Origin: a bacterium
GTDB lineage: Bacteria; Babelota; Babeliae; Babelales; UASB340
Assembly (NCBI GenBank): GCA_030629005.1
Contig: DAOVPV010000006.1
Location: 3,472-67,471, forward strand
Direction: 5' to 3'
Length of the DNA: 64,000 bases
In this document: one piece after another, positions 57,063 to 64,000 of the stretch
Layout: every line of letters begins with the position of its first letter
Numbering within the stretch: the stretch's first letter is position 1
The notes under the pieces: generated by a model
What the model saw: only the letters and a program-made list of their open reading frames with translations
Database searches by the model: none
What the model was told of the DNA's origin: nothing
Position numbers and translations under genes: made by a program

Positions 57063-58181
57063 ATGAAAAAAGTTTTAACAATTGGTGGATCAACCAAAGA
57101 TATATACCTTAGCAACCAAGGCGTTGACTATATGTCCATAACTCAAAAAAACTGTAATATAAAATATATGTTATTAAAGTCTGGAGATAAAATCGAAGTC
57201 GAAAACATTCTTTATTTTTCTGGCGGAGGAGCCACAAACTCTGCTGCATCATTTAAACGACTGGGATTTGATACGAGCTGTATTTCAAAAATAGGAAATG
57301 ATGAATCTGGAAAATTTGTAATTAATGAACTTGAAAAAGAAAATATAAATATCCAAAATATTATTAAATCTGAAGACAAAAACACAGGCACATCCTTTGT
57401 AATAAATACACTAGAGCGAGAACGAACTATATTTGCCTATAGAGGAGCCAACGGATATTTAGAAAAAAAAGACATCCCTTTTAATATCATTAAAAATACA
57501 GATCAAATCTATATAACATCACTAAGTCATGAATCATCTAAAGTTCTACCAGATATAGTTAAATTTACACATGAAAACAACATTCCCGTAGCAATAAATC
57601 CAGGAACAAGTCAACTCTCACATGGATCTCAAACTCTAAAAGAATCATTAAAATATATCGATACTATAATTATGAATAGTGATGAAGCCAAAACATTTAT
57701 GATAGCTCTTATAGAAAACGACAAAAACTATAAAGAGACACTTAAAAGCTCACGACAAAATAAATTGAACAGCGAATCAACAGAAAACAAACCTACCTTA
57801 CTAGACTCTCCACTCAGACACATGGACTATTATTTTAGCATATGGAAGTTTTTTAAAGAAGTTATGCACATGGGACCAAAAACCGTTGTCATTACAGATG
57901 GCGCAAACGGCGTCTATGTTGCAAATAATAAACAAATTTTTTATCACCCTAGCATTAAAACAGATGTTGTAGATACGCTCGGAGCTGGAGACTCATTTGG
58001 ATCATGCTTTGTTGCAAGCATTCTAGCAGAATACTCAACAGAGGAAGCTCTAATTAGAGGAATTATAAACAGCTCATCTGTTATTAGTAAATTTGGAGCA
58101 AAACCAGGTCTTTTAACAAAAGAAGAGTTAGATAAAAAGAAAATAGATTTTAGTCTTCTTCAAAAATTTAAACTAAACTAA
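57063..58181 (+). CDS. PfkB-family carbohydrate kinase
   Basis: GGGATNSA, NSDEA and DTLGAGDSFGSCF are present. I placed the start at the ATG after a GGGGA RBS. The ORF is open back to a TTG at 57048. It has an internal low-complexity insertion of about 50 aa. Confidence 0.85.
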   Translation: MKKVLTIGGSTKDIYLSNQGVDYMSITQKNCNIKYMLLKSGDKIEVENILYFSGGGATNSAASFKRLGFDTSCISKIGNDESGKFVINELEKENINIQNIIKSEDKNTGTSFVINTLERERTIFAYRGANGYLEKKDIPFNIIKNTDQIYITSLSHESSKVLPDIVKFTHENNIPVAINPGTSQLSHGSQTLKESLKYIDTIIMNSDEAKTFMIALIENDKNYKETLKSSRQNKLNSESTENKPTLLDSPLRHMDYYFSIWKFFKEVMHMGPKTVVITDGANGVYVANNKQIFYHPSIKTDVVDTLGAGDSFGSCFVASILAEYSTEEALIRGIINSSSVISKFGAKPGLLTKEELDKKKIDFSLLQKFKLN

Positions 58182-58199
58182 CTTTTAGGGAGAATATTC

Positions 58200-59159
58200 T
58201 TGCACAAAAAAATAGTTTTTATAGAAATAAATCAAAACAAAATATCTCTTGCAAATTTAATAGAATCAAAAGATAAATATACTCTTACAGATAAAGAAAC
58301 AACTAACCTAGATAAACTAACTTTTTTTGACAACAAACTATTTAATAACTCAAACCTTTTACAAATAATTCAAGAATATCTTAGTAAGAATAATATAAAA
58401 AAGGGTCGCAGTATTTTATCCGTTCCAAGCAACGTTTCAGAAATTACAATCCTCCAAATAGCCTTGTGCCTAAGTAAAACATGCCTTAAAATAGAAAAAA
58501 TAATATCATTAAATAATTCGGAAGAAACATTTAATGTTATTGAAAATTTTATATTAAAAAAAGATCTCCGAAAAACTACAAACCATTGGCAAGTATTTTT
58601 ACCACCAAAAAATCAAAATCCTAAAAAATGGATCGCTATTTCTTTAAGTATACTGATAATAGAATTTTCACTCTTAACAACAACAAGCATCAAAAAACAC
58701 ATTAACCATAAAAACCTTAAAAAACAAAATCTTTCGCTTAAACAAAAGGTAAAAGGTTTAAAATCAGAACTAAATAAAAATAACAATACCTCAAAAAGCA
58801 ACACCATGTTACAAAAAAAAATAAATAAGCTTTACGCAAAACAAAATCAACAATTCCTAAATAGCTTGTTGGACATTGCCAATCACCTACCACCAAATGC
58901 AAAATTAAACAAAATAAAGCTAATGAGTCAAAACAAAGAAATAGAAGAGAATAAGCAAACTTCTAATAAAAAAAATAAAGCAGCAATTTCATTAGAAGGC
59001 AAAAGTAAACACCAACAAAATCTTATTAACTTTGTAAAAAAATTAAATAACTCTAAAGTTTTTTCTAAAGCCTCATTAAAGAATATCAACAGAATAAAAG
59101 AGAAAATCTCCCATAAAATCTACAATTTTAATATCCATGCCAAACTAAACCCTCTATAA
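58200..59159 (+). CDS. hypothetical bitopic membrane protein (possible PilN-like assembly protein)
   Basis: A TTG start follows an AGGGAG RBS. A central TM helix (WIAISLSILIIEFSLLTTTSI) is followed by a K/N-rich coiled coil. The PilN-like call is tentative. Confidence 0.55.
   Translation: MHKKIVFIEINQNKISLANLIESKDKYTLTDKETTNLDKLTFFDNKLFNNSNLLQIIQEYLSKNNIKKGRSILSVPSNVSEITILQIALCLSKTCLKIEKIISLNNSEETFNVIENFILKKDLRKTTNHWQVFLPPKNQNPKKWIAISLSILIIEFSLLTTTSIKKHINHKNLKKQNLSLKQKVKGLKSELNKNNNTSKSNTMLQKKINKLYAKQNQQFLNSLLDIANHLPPNAKLNKIKLMSQNKEIEENKQTSNKKNKAAISLEGKSKHQQNLINFVKKLNNSKVFSKASLKNINRIKEKISHKIYNFNIHAKLNPL
58518..58538 (+). repeat. 21-nt hairpin-core repeat, copy 6
   Basis: Exact match to the consensus. 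It is in frame and read as SEETFNV. It is identical over 25 nt to copy 1. Confidence 0.9.
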
Positions 59160-59321
59160 ATAAGGCAATTCGGGCTTGCGCTTATATCTAAAATCTGATA
59201 AATTTTGATTCATATAGCCTAAAGTAGGCTTTATATAATATATTTAACCCTTAAACCATCACGAAACATGCTTTTTAAATCAAAAACAGCAGTTTTAGTG
59301 AATCACAAAAGGATCCTCTTA

Positions 59322-61130
59322 ATGGAAAAGAATCCAGATATAATGTCTATCTCACCTCTTCTTAATACAGAATTACTAGAAGAAAGTTTTAAACTTAGCG
59401 AAAAAGAGCTAAGCGAACTATCTTCCATCTATGATGAAGCAACACAAAATTTTGAAGCTGGGAAGATAATAAAAGGTAAAATTCTAACCAAAGAAAATAA
59501 CGGTGTAATCGTTACCATAGATTATAAGTCTGATGGCTTTATTCCTAACTATGAATTTTCTGAAATAGAATTCAAAAAATTAACCGTAGATGACCAAGTC
59601 GACGTAATTTTAGACCGAATTGAAGACGAATATGGCAACATAATTCTTTCATACCAAAAAGCAAAAGCTATGAAAGCTTGGGAAAAAATTGCAGAATTGG
59701 CAGAAAACAATGAACCTGTAACAGGTATTGTAACACACAAGGTTAAAGGTGGACTTAGTGTTGATATCGGGATTCCTGCATTCTTACCGGGTTCTCAAGT
59801 GGACACACAAAGAATTACTAATTTTGATCAATTTGTAGGCCAAGAAGTAACTGGTCAAATATTAAAAGTAAACAAAAAACGTGGAAATGTAATAATTTCC
59901 CGTCGTAAATACCTTGAAGAACAAAGAAGCGTTGACAAGAAAAAAGCACTTGAAAATATCAACGAAGATCAAATTATTATGGGTATCGTCAAAAATATCA
60001 CTAATTATGGCGTATTCGTTGACGTTGGTGGAATTGATGGTCTTTTACATATCACAGATATGTCTTGGGGCAGAATTACACACCCTAGCGAAATGCTAAA
60101 AATTGGCGACGAAATTACCGTAAAAGTGTTATCCTTTGATAAGCAATTTGAAAAAATATCACTTGGTATTAAACAACTTTCAGACAATCCATGGGAAGGT
60201 ATTGATAAAAAATATCCAATTGAAAGCACTATCGAGGGTAAAATATCAAGCATTACCGACTACGGTTTATTTGTAGAAGTAGAAAAAGGTGTAGAAGGTC
60301 TTGTACATATTTCTGAAATATCTTGGACAGAAAGAATTAGTAATCTTTCTAAGTACTACAATGTAGGCGACACAATAAAAGTAAAAGTTGTTGCATTAGA
60401 TAAAGACAACAGAAGAATGTCTTTAAGTATTAAACAACTAGGCCAAGATCCATGGAAAGAAGTCGCCAATAAGTTTAAAGCTGGCGATAAAATAAAAGGT
60501 AAAATAACAAATATCACTGACTTTGGAATATTTGTGCAACTTCTAGATGGCGTAGACGGCCTTGTTCATATCTCTGATATATCATGGTCCAGCAACCTAG
60601 GTCACCCAAGCGAAAAATACAAAAAAGGTGACGACGTTGAAGCCCTTATACTTGGCGTAGACAGTGACAACAAAAAAGTTTCCCTCGGGATCAAACAATT
60701 AGCTGGCGATCCATGGAAAAATATCGAAACTAAACATCCTGTTGGAAGCGAAGTTGAAGGTAAAGTTTCCAAAATTACAAACTTTGGAGCTTTCGTTAAA
60801 TTAGAATCTGGAATTGAAGGTTTAATTCATATTTCAGAAGTATCCGACAACGATGTAGAAAAAGTTGAAGATATTTTACAAGTAGGCGAAACAAGAAAAT
60901 TCAAAGTTATAAAAGTTAACGAAGAAGATAAAAAACTTGGATTAAGCCTAAGAACCTCTAGCAAGCCAAAAGAAACAAGAAACAAAAGAGACGGTTCAGC
61001 ACCAAGAGGTCGCAAAGGTTCTTTTGCAAAAGACTCAAACTTTAATTATGCACCCGAAGAAAGCAAAAAACCTAAATCAGCATTACAACAAGCACTAGAA
61101 GCTCACATGAATAAAAAAGACAACGAATAA
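59322..61130 (+). CDS. rpsA: 30S ribosomal protein S1
   Basis: Six S1 (OB-fold) repeats are present, each with the (Y/F)G(V/L/I/A)FV...G(I/V)(D/E)GL(L/V/I)HIS(E/D) pattern. I chose the ATG after an AAAGGA RBS. The ORF is open back to 59268. Confidence 0.93.
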   Translation: MEKNPDIMSISPLLNTELLEESFKLSEKELSELSSIYDEATQNFEAGKIIKGKILTKENNGVIVTIDYKSDGFIPNYEFSEIEFKKLTVDDQVDVILDRIEDEYGNIILSYQKAKAMKAWEKIAELAENNEPVTGIVTHKVKGGLSVDIGIPAFLPGSQVDTQRITNFDQFVGQEVTGQILKVNKKRGNVIISRRKYLEEQRSVDKKKALENINEDQIIMGIVKNITNYGVFVDVGGIDGLLHITDMSWGRITHPSEMLKIGDEITVKVLSFDKQFEKISLGIKQLSDNPWEGIDKKYPIESTIEGKISSITDYGLFVEVEKGVEGLVHISEISWTERISNLSKYYNVGDTIKVKVVALDKDNRRMSLSIKQLGQDPWKEVANKFKAGDKIKGKITNITDFGIFVQLLDGVDGLVHISDISWSSNLGHPSEKYKKGDDVEALILGVDSDNKKVSLGIKQLAGDPWKNIETKHPVGSEVEGKVSKITNFGAFVKLESGIEGLIHISEVSDNDVEKVEDILQVGETRKFKVIKVNEEDKKLGLSLRTSSKPKETRNKRDGSAPRGRKGSFAKDSNFNYAPEESKKPKSALQQALEAHMNKKDNE

Positions 61131-61147
61131 ATATACAGTAACTTTTG

Positions 61148-61182
61148 AATATGGGCAGCTTTATAGCTGCCCATATTTTTTA
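61148..61182 (+). terminator. rho-independent terminator after rpsA
   Basis: AATATGGGCAGCT-TTAT-AGCTGCCCATATT is followed by a T-run. Confidence 0.9.
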
Positions 61183-61217
61183 ATAAATAAAATTAATTAA
61201 AAATAGAAAGAATAGAA

Positions 61218-61628
61218 ATGGAAAAAACATTTGCAATAATAAAACCTGATGCAGTAAAAGCAAAAAATGCTGGTAAAATTATAAACAGAATAGAAAAAGA
61301 AGGCTTTGAAATTTTAGGCATGAAAAAAATACACTTGAGCAAAGATCAAGCTGAACAATTTTATGCTGTTCATAAAGAAAGACCTTTCTATGGTGAACTT
61401 GTAGAATTTATGACATCAGGCCCAGTAGTTGTAATGACTCTTCAAAAAGAAAATGCTATCAAAGCATGGAGAGATTTAATGGGTGCAACAGATCCAGCAG
61501 AAGCAGGAGAAAATACGTTAAGAAAATTATACGGCTCTAATAAAGGTGAAAATGCAACTCATGGTTCTGATGCACCAGAGACTGCTGCTGAAGAAATTAA
61601 ATTCTTTTTTCCAGAATTAGCTAATTAA
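61218..61628 (+). CDS. ndk: nucleoside diphosphate kinase
   Basis: [11 protein letters not shown]...NATHGSD carries the active-site His. Confidence 0.97.
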   Translation: MEKTFAIIKPDAVKAKNAGKIINRIEKEGFEILGMKKIHLSKDQAEQFYAVHKERPFYGELVEFMTSGPVVVMTLQKENAIKAWRDLMGATDPAEAGENTLRKLYGSNKGENATHGSDAPETAAEEIKFFFPELAN

Positions 61629-61690
61629 AAAAACACAAAAGAGGGCCGGTAAAATTTACCAGCCCTTATTTTATAAATATATTTTTAAAT

Positions 61691-62542
61691 CTAACTAATT
61701 TCTGGAAATTTCTTTGATTTAACAAAAGCATCTAAATCCATTAAATGCTTTAATAAATCTTCTAATTGAGAAAACCTTATAGAATTTGGCCCATCACAAA
61801 GTGCTTTTTCAGGATTATCATGCACTTCCATAAAAACACCTGAAATACTTTGGGCAACCGCCGAAACCGCTAAAGGCAACACAAAACGCCGATCTCCACC
61901 AGAAGAACAACCTTGAGCGCTGGGCATCTGGACGGAGTGAGTAGCATCAAACACCACAGGATAACCAAAACGTTTCATAATACTAAAATTTCGATAATCT
62001 ACAACTAAATTATTATAGCCAAAGACATACCCTCGCTCACAAGCCCAAACCTTTTTATTTCCAGCAGAAGTTACTTTTTCAATAACAGGCTTCATGTTTT
62101 CTGCAGAAATAAACTGTCCCTTTTTTACATTAATAAACTTTTCAGTTTTTCCTGCAGCAACAAGTAAATCTGTTTGTCTACAAAGCAATGCTGGAATCTG
62201 CAAAACATCGACTACACTGGCAACAGAATCAACTTGATCAACTGAATGAATATCTGTAACAACAGGAACATCAAATTCACTTCTAACACGCTGCAAAATT
62301 CTTAGCCCTTCATCAAAACCAATACCTCTAAAATTATTTAAAGAAGTCCTGTTCGCTTTATCAAAAGAGCTTTTAAATATAAAGTTAAACTTTAACTTTT
62401 CAGATAAGTTTTTTAGAAATTCAGCGGCTTTTAATGAATGCTCTTCACTCTCTATAACGCAGGGTCCTAAAATAAAAAATAAAGGACTGTTGATATTTAT
62501 ATTTTCTAAACTATTTAATACTTGCGTTATCTTCTCGCTCAT
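61691..62542 (-). CDS. kdsA: 3-deoxy-8-phosphooctulonate synthase
   Basis: GPCVIESEEH and KSSFDKANRTS are present. This is an LPS core (Kdo) pathway enzyme. It overlaps nusB by 32 nt. Confidence 0.93.
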   Translation of the reverse strand: MSEKITQVLNSLENININSPLFFILGPCVIESEEHSLKAAEFLKNLSEKLKFNFIFKSSFDKANRTSLNNFRGIGFDEGLRILQRVRSEFDVPVVTDIHSVDQVDSVASVVDVLQIPALLCRQTDLLVAAGKTEKFINVKKGQFISAENMKPVIEKVTSAGNKKVWACERGYVFGYNNLVVDYRNFSIMKRFGYPVVFDATHSVQMPSAQGCSSGGDRRFVLPLAVSAVAQSISGVFMEVHDNPEKALCDGPNSIRFSQLEDLLKHLMDLDAFVKSKKFPEIS

Positions 62543-63008
62543 TATTTATCTCCGAATAAATATCATCTTCATCTGAAATATTTAATTTTTTACAAACTTC
62601 ATCAAGAATTCCATTTACAAATTTATAAGAATCTTTTTCTGCAAAACACTTAGCCAACTCTATTGCCTCATTAATAACAATTGATGGTGGCAATTGTTTT
62701 TGTTTTATTTCCCATATAGCTAAACGCATAATTAACAAAGTACAAGTTCCAAGCCTACCAATCTTCCAATTCTTAAGCAGAGGCCTAATTATATCATCAA
62801 GCTCGTTACGCCCTTCGATCACATTAAACGCCATATGAATCGCCCTAGAATCATCTTCAACGACAACATCAAAGCCATCTCTGAATCCTTGAACAATTTC
62901 ATCTACAGAAATAGAATAACCAAGACCTTCGGCTGCATAAAGTAAATGAAAGGCAAAACCCCTAATGTCTCTCATGCTTTTAATTGCAATTTTACTAATT
63001 TCACTCAT
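62511..63008 (-). CDS. nusB: transcription antitermination factor NusB
   Basis: 165 aa, with a NusB helical pattern (R..A...LY......INEAIELAK.F....S..FVNGILD). Confidence 0.9.
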   Translation of the reverse strand: MSEISKIAIKSMRDIRGFAFHLLYAAEGLGYSISVDEIVQGFRDGFDVVVEDDSRAIHMAFNVIEGRNELDDIIRPLLKNWKIGRLGTCTLLIMRLAIWEIKQKQLPPSIVINEAIELAKCFAEKDSYKFVNGILDEVCKKLNISDEDDIYSEINNEREDNASIK

Positions 63009-63042
63009 AAATTTTTACTCTAATTAAAACTCAGAAGACACA

Positions 63043-63603
63043 TTAATCTACACGTTCTATATAAGAATTATCTCTTGTATCTATCTTAATTCGTTGTCCC
63101 TCTTCTACAAATAAAGGAACAGTTACTACAAGCCCAGTCTCTAATGTTGCAGGCTTACTACCACCTTGAGCAGTATCACCCTTTACACCAGGCAAAGTCT
63201 CCTTAATCTCCAAAATCATAAACATTGGAGGTTCAACATTTATAGGTCTTCCTTTAAAAAACAAAACACTATATTCTTGACCTTCCTGAAGATATAACCT
63301 AACAGATTCAAGAACATCTAAATCAAAATCTATTTGGTCAAAGCTTTCTTGATCCATAAAATGAGCATGCTCATCTAAATACAAATATTGCATTACTCTC
63401 TTCTCTAACTCAGGATCAGGAAACTTCTCACCAGATCTAAAAGTTTCATCTAAAATTCGTCCTGTTATAAGATTTTTCATCTTTGTACGAACAAATGCAC
63501 CGCCCTTACCTGGTTTTACATGTTGAAAATCAACAACGACCCAAGGCTCATTGCGCCACAAAATTTTTGTAGAATTTTTACGAAAATCTGACGTTGAAAT
63601 CAT
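63043..63603 (-). CDS. efp: elongation factor P
   Basis: 186 aa. It carries VKPGKGGAFVRTKMKNL, which includes the modified-Lys loop. Confidence 0.95.
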   Translation of the reverse strand: MISTSDFRKNSTKILWRNEPWVVVDFQHVKPGKGGAFVRTKMKNLITGRILDETFRSGEKFPDPELEKRVMQYLYLDEHAHFMDQESFDQIDFDLDVLESVRLYLQEGQEYSVLFFKGRPINVEPPMFMILEIKETLPGVKGDTAQGGSKPATLETGLVVTVPLFVEEGQRIKIDTRDNSYIERVD

Positions 63604-63694
63604 ATTAAAAGATCCTTATAAATATTTTACACTAAATAAAAGTTTTTATTTAAAAAATATCCTTTATTATTGCGAATCTTTTTAATTAAGACAA

Positions 63695-63726
63695 GAAAAA
63701 AAATTGCCCGCTTTCGCAGGCAATTT
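63695..63726 (-). terminator. rho-independent terminator
   Basis: On the - strand the sequence is GGGAAATTGCCTGCGAAAGCGGGCAATTTTTTTT. Confidence 0.8.
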
Positions 63727-63768
63727 CCCTAAATAAACAATACTTTATTTAAATTATAAAAAATAAAG

Positions 63769-64000
63769 TTATTTTACAGGAATAGCTCGTCTTAACTCTG
63801 AGATTTCTCTTTCAAGCTTAGCATGTTCAGCTTTAAATTTAGCATTTTCAGATTCTAACTCTCCTAATCTGTCGTTAAGCTTATTTAAATCACTTCTTAC
63901 AACAGATTCCAAACCATTAAGGCGAACATCGAAATTTTTCTCAAGTCTGTGCGCTTCATCTCGAGAAACCCCACCGCTCCCTTCTCTAATAATAACTGTT
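63769..64000 (-). CDS. C-terminal part of a coiled-coil protein (5' end outside window)
   Basis: An open frame runs off the right edge and is not in the supplied track. It reads ...SRDEAHRLEKNFDVRLNGLESVVRSDLNKLNDRLGELESENAKFKAEHAKLEREISELRRAIPVK*. A terminator follows it. Confidence 0.5.
   Translation of the reverse strand, partial: TVIIREGSGGVSRDEAHRLEKNFDVRLNGLESVVRSDLNKLNDRLGELESENAKFKAEHAKLEREISELRRAIPVK

Noticed and set aside
61218-61240. The start of ndk (ATGGAAAAAACATTTGCA) shares 14 nt with the intergenic repeat copy at 4811.
   Set aside because: The [12 protein letters not shown]-terminus is the normal conserved NDK sequence. The match ends before the hairpin half of the motif.
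1-64000. Alternative genetic code, prophage, IS elements, integrons, toxin-antitoxin pairs, defence islands.
   Set aside because: Conserved genes are full length with standard stops. I recognised no transposase, integrase, phage structural, Cas or restriction-modification signatures in any listed ORF.

Overview
AT-rich (about 30% GC by eye) bacterial chromosome segment. It is tightly packed with about 50 protein genes and 4 tRNA genes. I found no rRNA, CRISPR array, transposase, integrase or phage gene. The housekeeping core is asnS, prfB, tilS, dnaJ, hup, miaB, ychF, an ABC-F ATPase, pepA, sufS/sufU, metG, lepB, potABCD, bamA, murJ, a lolD-like ATPase, lon, rpsA, ndk, kdsA, nusB and efp. BamA, KdsA and MurJ indicate a diderm organism using the standard genetic code. 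Between these genes lie signal-peptide-bearing, eukaryote-like proteins: an ankyrin protein, a Ser/Thr kinase with WNK-like lysine placement, a 1235-aa PI-PLC-X plus cPLA2-like phospholipase, a Fic protein and a double PQ-loop membrane protein. That mix fits an intracellular symbiont or pathogen of eukaryotes. A Dependentiae/TM6-like lineage is only a guess. Three signals are not explained by ordinary annotation. (1) A 21-nt repeat with a hairpin core (consensus TCGGAAGAAACATTTAATGTT) occurs 8 times, all in the same polarity on the + strand. It sits in frame inside six unrelated genes and adds exactly 7 residues to AsnRS and to the ABC-F protein relative to the E. coli proteins as I recall them. 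(2) All four tRNA genes are followed immediately after CCA by (T/G)ACTTCGC, and they are embedded in GC-rich repeat modules shared by two tRNA loci 11 kb apart. miaB is followed within 6 nt by two tRNAs that would be its own substrates. (3) Three intergenic copies of a nested palindromic, MITE-like element are present. All functional calls rest on motif recognition by eye. No database search was run.
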